DNA of 38,314 bases, taken from the IMG/VR virus record IMGVR_UViG_3300042400_000292; one strand, given 5' to 3'. This DNA comes from a virus. The notes beneath the pieces were generated by a model. It was not told the origin of the DNA and did no database searches. It saw only the letters and a program-made list of their open reading frames with translations. Position numbers and translations under genes: made by a program. Shown piece after piece: positions 8,707-15,231 of this stretch (the first letter of the stretch is position 1; each line of letters starts with the position of its first letter).

Positions 8707-8737
8707 ATAGCTACCGTTAACAACCCTATAGAAACTA

Positions 8738-8998
8738 TCACTCCCCACCTCCAGTTATGCCGTGTGCTTTTTCTATTGCTCTTGCAAAGTTACGAACCAT
8801 AAAAGTTTTACCAGCATATTTATCCCCCCATAAATCTGCTATTACATCGTCACTCAAAGGCTCACGTTTTGGTGGTGTTGTATATAAAGGTACACTCTCC
8901 ATGATAAAGCCTGTTCGTATTGCTTCTTCGGTTTCAGCACTAGCTCTAAGCCAAGTTCGTCCACCTTCTACCATAATAAATGCCGCTGGTTTACTCAT
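8738..8998 (-). CDS. Paralog family member 3 (86 aa), ends ARAIEKAHGITGGGE
   Basis: Track ORF with an ATGA overlap to the upstream gene. Carries the PLSDDVIADL ... AIEKAHGITGGGE module shared with its neighbours. Confidence 0.75.
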   Translation of the reverse strand: MSKPAAFIMVEGGRTWLRASAETEEAIRTGFIMESVPLYTTPPKREPLSDDVIADLWGDKYAGKTFMVRNFARAIEKAHGITGGGE

Positions 8999-9417
8999 TC
9001 CCCACCTCCAATACCATGTTCTTTTTCTATAATACGAACCAGCTCAACAAAACCTTTCCATTCTTTCTTTAATAATATCTTGCAGACGGCTTCATCGGTT
9101 AAAGGCTCACGTTTCAAATCCAACTCTGCTTGATAGTATCCTTTTTTATATTCTTCTAGCCCTTGTCGAGGTGTTAAAGGTTCAGGTTGGAACTCTACAT
9201 ACCTAATCCCATTGACATACACATGATCGTAGTCTTTTAAAGCACCTACTGTAAGATTCCAATTACACGCATCATCTGTAGATATAATCTTTCCTGATAC
9301 CTCTCTTTCTTTAATCGGCTCAGGTAATGTAAGAATTGCTTCTACTTCACAACTTAACGTGTGATCTAGCCACCCCGTTGCTAATACCTTCTTCAGTAAC
9401 TCTCTTTCTTTACTCAT
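8995..9417 (-). CDS. Paralog family member 2 (140 aa), ends RIIEKEHGIGGGE
   Basis: Track ORF trimmed to MSKERELLKK (ATG 9417, SD GGAGG 5 nt upstream). Carries the PLTDEAV ... IEKEHGIGGGE module. Confidence 0.75.
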   Translation of the reverse strand: MSKERELLKKVLATGWLDHTLSCEVEAILTLPEPIKEREVSGKIISTDDACNWNLTVGALKDYDHVYVNGIRYVEFQPEPLTPRQGLEEYKKGYYQAELDLKREPLTDEAVCKILLKKEWKGFVELVRIIEKEHGIGGGE

Positions 9418-9742
9418 TACCACCTCCAATGCCATGTGCTTTTTCTACTCTTCTTATCCATCTAATGACGTATCTGACTTGATGATCGTCCATATTTTCA
9501 ACAACCCCTTCTTTATCAAGAGCATATATAACATCTTCTGTTAAGGGTTTGGGTGGTGCAAACTCATTGACCCCTTGTCTAAACCCTTTCCCATACCATT
9601 CAATCTTTGTTTCTGCTAAAAGAGGCTCAGGCTCTTGCTCAGGTTGGGCGAGTAGTTGTTGAATTTCTTTAATAAAATGTAGAGGTATCCTAGACTCACT
9701 ATGGCTCGATATTCTTCTTAACAACTCTCTTTCAATGCTCAT
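9410..9742 (-). CDS. Paralog family member 1 (110 aa), ends RRVEKAHGIGGGNE
   Basis: Track ORF. The MSIERELLRR N-terminus resembles member 2. Carries the PLTEDVIYAL ... VEKAHGIGGGNE module. Confidence 0.75.
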   Translation of the reverse strand: MSIERELLRRISSHSESRIPLHFIKEIQQLLAQPEQEPEPLLAETKIEWYGKGFRQGVNEFAPPKPLTEDVIYALDKEGVVENMDDHQVRYVIRWIRRVEKAHGIGGGNE

Positions 9743-9932
9743 AATAATTCCCCCTAAAATCTATAAAAAAATCACACTCATGTTGTTTTAATTCTTTCTT
9801 AAAATCTCCGTGCCAAAAATGATCTTTTGTATCAATTTCTATACTTAAATATCTGGCACAGTTTTGTTTCTTATCGCAGTTACTTCCTAAGCAGCGTGCG
9901 TTTTCATTCGGCAGTGGATACTTCATCTTCAT
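9732..9932 (-). CDS. Small Cys-rich protein (66 aa)
   Basis: Track ORF trimmed to MKMKYPLPNE. Contains CLGSNCDKKQNCARY and HECDFF. Overlaps both neighbours. Confidence 0.6.
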   Translation of the reverse strand: MKMKYPLPNENARCLGSNCDKKQNCARYLSIEIDTKDHFWHGDFKKELKQHECDFFIDFRGNYYEH

Positions 9933-10149
9933 AATAATCTCCAATTCTAGGTACATTGCTGCCCATTATTTTTATATATAAATCTAACAAGTTCATTGCA
10001 TCATTCCAACCCTTTGGAGCTTCTTTAAGTTCCGTCTTAATTGGTGATAATGTTCCTGCTGATATTCCTGTTCGTCTTGAAATCTCTGCTTGGGATAAAC
10101 CTTCTTGTTCAAGTTTTAATATCATTACTGCCCAATCAAATTCTCGCAT
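9904..10149 (-). CDS. Small HTH DNA-binding protein (81 aa)
   Basis: Track ORF trimmed to MREFDW (SD GAGG 5 nt upstream). LSQAEISRRTGISAGTLSPI is a typical helix-turn-helix. Confidence 0.65.
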   Translation of the reverse strand: MREFDWAVMILKLEQEGLSQAEISRRTGISAGTLSPIKTELKEAPKGWNDAMNLLDLYIKIMGSNVPRIGDYYEDEVSTAE

Positions 10150-10597
10150 TTTTACCTCTGCGTCTAATTTCATCACAATACAATTCCATGTCTTTACTGC
10201 GACGCATGAACTCAACTATTGAAGCTGCCATGCCAGTTAATTTTATTGGTTTAGTTTTTTTAATAAAAGCGCAAGCTTCACGAGCGTATGGTAACCATTC
10301 CATTATTTCAGCTCTGTTAAACAACACAGTGCCATCAATATGCGTGGCAACCTGTTTTGGCATACAATATTTTTTATCCTTGATAATTCTATCCAGCACT
10401 AATGCTGTAACACCAATTAATGCCATTATTTCTTTCTTGGTTATGTTCTTTTGATTTATTTTCACAACAACATTTAGTTCTTTCAATTTATCTGATTTAC
10501 GTTTTGCAACAACTCTTACATTTATAGCTTTCTTATTCCTGTGATAATATTCCAACATTCTAACTCTTTGCTTTTCTTTGCGTTCTTCTGGTGTCAT
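10136..10597 (-). CDS. Basic DNA-binding protein with an excisionase/MerR-like HTH (153 aa)
   Basis: Start set at MTPEERKEK (ATGA overlap with the upstream 37-aa ORF). Contains ITKKEIMALIGVTALVLDRIIKD ... FNRAEIMEWL. Confidence 0.65.
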   Translation of the reverse strand: MTPEERKEKQRVRMLEYYHRNKKAINVRVVAKRKSDKLKELNVVVKINQKNITKKEIMALIGVTALVLDRIIKDKKYCMPKQVATHIDGTVLFNRAEIMEWLPYAREACAFIKKTKPIKLTGMAASIVEFMRRSKDMELYCDEIRRRGKNARI

Positions 10598-10707
10598 TGT
10601 AACCATGCCTCAATAGCTAAAATAATTCCTGCTGCAATCAAACACCAAATTTGTATTTCTTGGTGCTTAGTGAATGTGTGTATTGGTTTATTTTTATAGT
10701 CTTTCAT
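10594..10707 (-). CDS. Small membrane peptide (37 aa)
   Basis: Below the track cutoff. MKDYKNKPIHTFTKHQEIQIWCLIAAGIILAIEAWLQ has one TM segment, and its stop overlaps the next ATG. Confidence 0.4.
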   Translation of the reverse strand: MKDYKNKPIHTFTKHQEIQIWCLIAAGIILAIEAWLQ

Positions 10708-10717
10708 AATCTTATCC

Positions 10718-10745
10718 AAAAAAATGCCAGCTTTTTACGGCTGGC
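10718..10745 (-). terminator. Intrinsic terminator/attenuator inside the leftward arm
   Basis: On the minus strand: GCCAGC (10745-10740), 8-nt loop, GCTGGC (10731-10726), one A (10725), then T7 (10724-10718). It lies in the gap after the 10762 gene. Confidence 0.65.
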
Positions 10746-10761
10746 GAGTGGTTGCTTCCCC

Positions 10762-11010
10762 TCAGGAATTGCAAATTAAGTTATTAGCTTTCCAGTCCAT
10801 TGCCTTTTGAACTAAAAGATTAATACTGGTGTACTTTGGTGATAATGTTGCATTCTCTAACATTCCAAATAAATCAGAACCGTCTGTTTCTGCGATTTGA
10901 GCGTTTATTAATGCTTGGCAATAGTCTACAAAGGCTTGTGCTATTAAAATGCCACCAAGCGACTGATCTATACGCATATCAGTTATTATTTTATCAAATT
11001 GATCTTCCAT
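10762..11010 (-). CDS. Hypothetical early protein (82 aa)
   Basis: Track ORF. Its ATG shares one base with the upstream stop. No motif recognised. Confidence 0.65.
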   Translation of the reverse strand: MEDQFDKIITDMRIDQSLGGILIAQAFVDYCQALINAQIAETDGSDLFGMLENATLSPKYTSINLLVQKAMDWKANNLICNS

Positions 11011-11234
11011 TAGAATTCACCTTTGTTTGGTGCTACAAATGAAGGGACATTGCTAGGTAACTCTAGCACTTGGTAAATCTGCTCTTCACCTTTGATGTTC
11101 TTTTGGATAATAAATGCTCCGCTTCTAGTCTTGTGGATTATGTTTGAGTCATTAGTAGAAAATTTACTAATTGCTACTCCACCTGAAATAAAAGATGCTG
11201 TTAATGCTATTGCTATCATTGTGTTTTTATTCAT
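11010..11234 (-). CDS. Small secreted or membrane-anchored protein (74 aa)
   Basis: Track ORF with an N-terminal hydrophobic signal/anchor, MNKNTMIAIALTASFISGGVAIS. Confidence 0.65.
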   Translation of the reverse strand: MNKNTMIAIALTASFISGGVAISKFSTNDSNIIHKTRSGAFIIQKNIKGEEQIYQVLELPSNVPSFVAPNKGEF

Positions 11235-11240
11235 GTCGTT

Positions 11241-11282
11241 CTCTTTATAGTTGTAGTTAATGCCACGTCCTTGAGGCGGTGG
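11241..11282 (-). promoter_or_regulatory. Conserved intergenic cassette, copy 1 (hairpin plus AACTACAACTATAAAGAG)
   Basis: The minus strand reads CCACCGCCTCAAGGACGTGG-CATT-AACTACAACTATAAAGAG-N6-ATG. It is near-identical in layout to 17727-17763. Confidence 0.4.
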
Positions 11283-11285
11283 TTG

Positions 11286-11531
11286 TTATTGTGCAATGAT
11301 TGGATAAAAACCTTGATTTGGATAGTTAAGAAAGCCATTAATGCGTATTGCTTCTTTTAACTTAGATGCTGATAATGTGTATGCTGGTTGGTTATCCCAT
11401 CTTTTAGAAATTATTTCTCCGTTTCTAATATACCAGCCAGCGCAATCCATATTGTGCTTTCCTTGAATTTCTAAAGTAATCAATGTTGTTGTTTTAGAAA
11501 TGTTTTCTATTCTATAAGTTTTAGTAGCCAT
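11286..11531 (-). CDS. Hypothetical early protein (81 aa)
   Basis: Track ORF with SD AAGGGG upstream. No motif recognised. Confidence 0.65.
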   Translation of the reverse strand: MATKTYRIENISKTTTLITLEIQGKHNMDCAGWYIRNGEIISKRWDNQPAYTLSASKLKEAIRINGFLNYPNQGFYPIIAQ

Positions 11532-11577
11532 CTTATTCCCCTTTGTATTTCTTGTTAAGTTGGGTAAATAATAATAT

Positions 11578-12000
11578 TTATTTTACAGAATGTAAAGATT
11601 TTTTATCTTTCCAGAAAATAAATGCTTCATATGCTCCAACATAACCTAATCCAATACAAACGAAAGCTCCCTGTTTCTGGGCTTCCAGCAGGTATTCAAC
11701 CTGTCCATCCTGCCATTTTGAACGTGTATGATCTTGTCGTTTTAATTCACAAACGAACGCAACGCTTGCTGGAATAATAATATCTGGTGCGCCTTTCACC
11801 ATTCCTTCACTCTTTTGTTTAGTTGCCTGGTAGAAAGTTCGCAATCCTTCATTCCTAATGTGCGTAGCAATCTTTCCATAACTATCTGGATATTCTCGTC
11901 TTAACTTTGCAAAAAATGTTACTGCTTCAGCAGCTTCAGAAGGACATTCACCTCTAAACTCTTTATTGCCAAACACGGGTATATCATTGTGGAACTTCAT
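11578..12000 (-). CDS. VRR-NUC family nuclease (140 aa)
   Basis: Track ORF trimmed to MKFHNDIPVF. PD-(D/E)xK core GAPDIIIP...FVCELKRQ, then QVEYLLEAQKQGAFV as in VRR-NUC domains. Follows an SF2 helicase, which is the usual pairing. Confidence 0.8.
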   Translation of the reverse strand: MKFHNDIPVFGNKEFRGECPSEAAEAVTFFAKLRREYPDSYGKIATHIRNEGLRTFYQATKQKSEGMVKGAPDIIIPASVAFVCELKRQDHTRSKWQDGQVEYLLEAQKQGAFVCIGLGYVGAYEAFIFWKDKKSLHSVK

Positions 12001-13768
12001 CAGCTGTCCTGTTGTAGTCGTAAATTTTAAAGAAATCACCACTCTTTTTATATGTGATGGTATTTGGTGTTGTAAAACCATTATCTGTAAACTTCATAAA
12101 TGCATCATAGCTACTCTGCATTTTCATCGTAAACCAAACAGGAAATGATCTATATTCAGTTATAAAATCAACTCTTATGCACTCGTTCCCTGCTTTGCTT
12201 AGTGTGGGAGTTGCTCGCATTGCAACAACCTTATCTGTTTGGATTTGCGTCGGGTCTTTCTTTTTCATTTGGAAGTCTGCTACTAACTTACTATTTGGGT
12301 CAATTAGTTCTCCCTTGCAACTGCAACAATAACGTGCAGCAATATCATTTTCTTCTTCACAATGTGGGCATGGTTTAAACGTCCAACGATAATCACATCT
12401 AACAAGTTTTCTAATAGTTTTATTAAATACCTCACCAAAGCATCTTCTTCCATGATGCGCTGGCATCTCTCCATATTCTGTTTCTAATCGTATGCCTTCA
12501 AGATCAATAAAATAACCATTAACATCAACTTCATGCTTTGCTTCATTAAGCACTGGCGCAAATTCATTATTAGCATTGCACTGTGGGCATCTAGCTTTGA
12601 TTGGTTCACCAGCTCCGTAATCACCTGATGCTTCTATCTCAGGATTAAATAAGTCACCATCAGGACAATGACGACTAATATTTTCAGCATAATCCAGTAT
12701 CAAACAATCATCTTTATTGTTATCAATACGCAATCCTCTGCCGATTATTTGTTGGAGCAAACTAACTGACTCTGTAGCTCTTAAAATAGCTATTAAATCA
12801 ACGTGTACACAGTCAAAGCCAACACAAAGCACAGAAACATTAACTAAATATTTTAATTGCCTAGCTTTGAATTTTCGCAGTATTTGTTCACGTTCCAACT
12901 TAGGTGTTTCTCCTGTAACTATGCAAGATAAACTTGGTGGTAAAGACTGCATAACCTCGTGAGCATGTTGTACTGTCGCAGAGAAAATCATTACACCTTG
13001 TCTATCTACTGCTTGCGAAACAATATCACCTACAATCGCACTTGTGAGCCTTCCTTGACCATGATAAGCTCTATCAACATCTGCTTTTGCAAACTTACCC
13101 ATGCTATTAAGTTGCATATCCAGGGTTTCATAATGACCTGAATTAATTGCACCAATGACAGGTTTTGTTAAGTATCCTTGCTGTATTAAATCTCTGGCAT
13201 AAACAGTAAATACTCTTGCAGTAAAATAAGGGTTCTTAGTTTTATCATTTCCATAAGCATTGCCATTCTCATCCATTCTATATATATATCCATCACCAAG
13301 CCTGTATGGAGTAGCTGAAAGACCTATCACACGCAGATTAGGATTACAGGAAACTAAAGATTCAATAATACTTTTTACCGTTGGTGTTATGCGATGCGCT
13401 TCATCTAATACAACAGCACAAAATTTAGAACCAAATCTGTGTATTTTATTCTTGACGCTAACAGGTGTGCCAAAAACAACTGGATGTTTTAAACACGTTT
13501 CCCCAACGCTGGCGCTAAACAAGCTACATTCATTGCCAGTATCTCGGTATTTTTCTGCATTTTGTTCTAACAGCTCTTTTGATGGTACAAGGCATAATAT
13601 ATGCTTTCCACCACTAACTTGGTGCAATGTGTTGGCTATTGCTGCAACAATTAAAGATTTGCCACTCCCTGTTGGCAATTCTAATACGCATGGGTCAGTA
13701 CATTTCTTTATCCAGTCTATAGCAGCATCATGCGCTTGTTGTTGGTAGGGGCGGAGTTTCATAATCAT
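11984..13768 (-). CDS. SF2 DEAH-box helicase (ResIII-like) with a C-terminal zinc-ribbon extension (594 aa)
   Basis: Motif I ELPTGSGKS and motif II VVLDEAHR, with helicase-C motifs (LVNVSVLCVGFD, QQIIGRGLR). The C-terminus has CPQC ... CPHCEEENDIAARYCCSC. Confidence 0.9.
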   Translation of the reverse strand: MIMKLRPYQQQAHDAAIDWIKKCTDPCVLELPTGSGKSLIVAAIANTLHQVSGGKHILCLVPSKELLEQNAEKYRDTGNECSLFSASVGETCLKHPVVFGTPVSVKNKIHRFGSKFCAVVLDEAHRITPTVKSIIESLVSCNPNLRVIGLSATPYRLGDGYIYRMDENGNAYGNDKTKNPYFTARVFTVYARDLIQQGYLTKPVIGAINSGHYETLDMQLNSMGKFAKADVDRAYHGQGRLTSAIVGDIVSQAVDRQGVMIFSATVQHAHEVMQSLPPSLSCIVTGETPKLEREQILRKFKARQLKYLVNVSVLCVGFDCVHVDLIAILRATESVSLLQQIIGRGLRIDNNKDDCLILDYAENISRHCPDGDLFNPEIEASGDYGAGEPIKARCPQCNANNEFAPVLNEAKHEVDVNGYFIDLEGIRLETEYGEMPAHHGRRCFGEVFNKTIRKLVRCDYRWTFKPCPHCEEENDIAARYCCSCKGELIDPNSKLVADFQMKKKDPTQIQTDKVVAMRATPTLSKAGNECIRVDFITEYRSFPVWFTMKMQSSYDAFMKFTDNGFTTPNTITYKKSGDFFKIYDYNRTADEVPQ

Positions 13769-13995
13769 TAATTACTTAGTTCAATACGTTTAAAAAAAGA
13801 ATACCATTTTGATGGCTTTGCTGTATTGCCAAGCGTTAATAAACCATGATCGTTTTTTAAAATAGCTATTGCTATAGCTTTGTATGATGGAGCTAAGTTA
13901 TTTTTCATTAATTCAACAGGAACTTCATCAGGAATATCTATTGGATAACCCTGTTCTTTCCATTTATTAATATAATCTTGTATTTTCCCAATCAT
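13768..13995 (-). CDS. Small protein (75 aa) carrying the ..AI.ILKNDH.. motif also present at the IbrA-like C-terminus
   Basis: PSYKAIAIAILKNDHGLLTLG here aligns with ASWKRFAITILKNDHTCKYMG at the end of 15228..16529. The stop shares one base with the helicase ATG. Confidence 0.65.
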   Translation of the reverse strand: MIGKIQDYINKWKEQGYPIDIPDEVPVELMKNNLAPSYKAIAIAILKNDHGLLTLGNTAKPSKWYSFFKRIELSN

Positions 13996-14350
13996 TTAAT
14001 TTTATCCTTGCTGCATTGTTTGCTTCTATTTTTTGATAATCATTTAATAAAAAGAAGCCACTTTTAAATGTGCTTGGTATTTTATTTGCCAAACACATTG
14101 ATGACTGCCCAAGCCAAGCTATTCTATTTATACTTGGATTAGATAAAAAATGCTCTGAAGAATATTTCCATGTTTTTATTACTTCATCCATTGAATAATT
14201 AAACAACTCAATATCTGATAAAAAAATTGCATATTCTTCTTTGCACTGTTCTTTTGTTTTTCCATCAGGTGGAATAGTGCTATAAAATCCTGCTTTATAG
14301 CACTCCCATAGCCACCAAGGATGATAAATCCTAAGCCCATTCTTCTTCAT
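13967..14350 (-). CDS. Hypothetical protein (127 aa), member of the IbrA/IbrB-like cluster
   Basis: Track ORF trimmed to MKKNGLRIYHPWWLWECYKAGFY. Contains NRIAWLGQSSMCLA. Overlaps both neighbours. Confidence 0.65.
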   Translation of the reverse strand: MKKNGLRIYHPWWLWECYKAGFYSTIPPDGKTKEQCKEEYAIFLSDIELFNYSMDEVIKTWKYSSEHFLSNPSINRIAWLGQSSMCLANKIPSTFKSGFFLLNDYQKIEANNAARIKLNDWENTRLY

Positions 14351-14858
14351 CTGCTTCCCAACTATCAGAAAAACTACGATTTTGAAATAAAGCAGCAACG
14401 CCAGTTATTTGTTTTAATCTTAATAGCTCATCAACGCTCATTCCAATATGTTTACATATCCAGAAATCTCCTTTCCCCATTTCAACAAGCTCAGAAACTA
14501 TAGTACTCATTAATTCAATATTATGAGATCCTCTAGCTCTGTTATGTCTGATAGTAGATGCCATTCTGTCGCCAAGTTCTTTTTTAATTACAACAATTGG
14601 CAGCATGTTATTTTCACGCTCTCTTATGCGCTCACTATTTTTCATTGTTAAATAGCGGTGAAAACCATCTACTACAATGTAAATGTCTTTTGTATCATCA
14701 TAATAAGTAACAATTGGCTGCGTATATCCATCTTCCCATATTGATGTTTCTAATAAAGCCATTTCAGGTGGAGCAACTGCATTAGGGTTGTAATCATTTG
14801 CAGTTACTTGGCTAAATGGAACGCAAAGTACGTTATAAACTGGAGATTTAAATGTCAT
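14331..14858 (-). CDS. ParB/Srx N-terminal-domain protein, IbrB-like (175 aa)
   Basis: Trimmed to MTFKSPVYNV. Motifs ANDYNPNAV, IVVDGFHRY and TIRHNRARGSH are typical of ParB-like nuclease-domain (IbrB-type) proteins. Confidence 0.8.
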   Translation of the reverse strand: MTFKSPVYNVLCVPFSQVTANDYNPNAVAPPEMALLETSIWEDGYTQPIVTYYDDTKDIYIVVDGFHRYLTMKNSERIRERENNMLPIVVIKKELGDRMASTIRHNRARGSHNIELMSTIVSELVEMGKGDFWICKHIGMSVDELLRLKQITGVAALFQNRSFSDSWEADEEEWA

Positions 14859-15231
14859 ATGAATTATCCTTATTGTGGACTTCAAGTCCTGTTAATGGAG
14901 GGTTAAATACGCATAGCAGCTCTACTGTAGAAAAAGCTATAAATGAATGCGGATCATTGTTATCAAGAACGTACATTGTGCCAGGCAATATCCTATGCTT
15001 TTCTCCTGTATTTTTATTTGTAATACACCCATGTCCTTTTATGCAATAACAAGCTTCAAGATGATTTTTATAATGCCAATTTTGCTCTCCATTTGGAGGT
15101 ATTATTGTATTTGTTACAGAAAACCCCATATTGTCTTTTTCAAGCAAAAACCTTCTGCTTAAAAAACCTCCTTTTGGGCATTTAACTTCTCTTTCTGTTC
15201 CTTTTAATTCATGCAATTTAATTATTTTCAT
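14848..15231 (-). CDS. Ectoine-synthase (EctC) family cupin (127 aa)
   Basis: Collinear over its full length with EctC as I recall it: NWHYKNHLEACYCIKGHG, PGTMYVLD, NDPHSF, CVFNPPLTGLEVHNKDNSY. ATGA overlap with the IbrA-like gene. Confidence 0.8.
   Translation of the reverse strand: MKIIKLHELKGTEREVKCPKGGFLSRRFLLEKDNMGFSVTNTIIPPNGEQNWHYKNHLEACYCIKGHGCITNKNTGEKHRILPGTMYVLDNNDPHSFIAFSTVELLCVFNPPLTGLEVHNKDNSYDI

Noticed and set aside
8641-9445. Four copies of a ~25-bp repeat (cacctccaatgcc.tgtgctttttc) as a small CRISPR-like array
   Set aside because: Spacing is irregular (about 105, 257 and 418 bp). Every copy is the in-frame 3' end of a protein-coding gene on the minus strand, and no cas genes are present.
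10041-10454. 137-aa plus-strand ORF; likewise 9956..10222, 8584..8802, 8757..9032, 10836..11042, 14321..14503, 14852..15049, 14947..15162 and 15211..15441
   Set aside because: They are plus-strand ORFs inside the densely coupled minus-strand arm. Their peptides are hydrophobic or low-complexity, as is typical of antisense AT-rich coding DNA.
13260-13748. 162-aa plus-strand ORF; likewise 12717..12962, 12959..13141 and 11966..12148
   Set aside because: They are antisense to the well-supported SF2 helicase gene, with low-complexity or odd composition and no SD. They are shadow ORFs.
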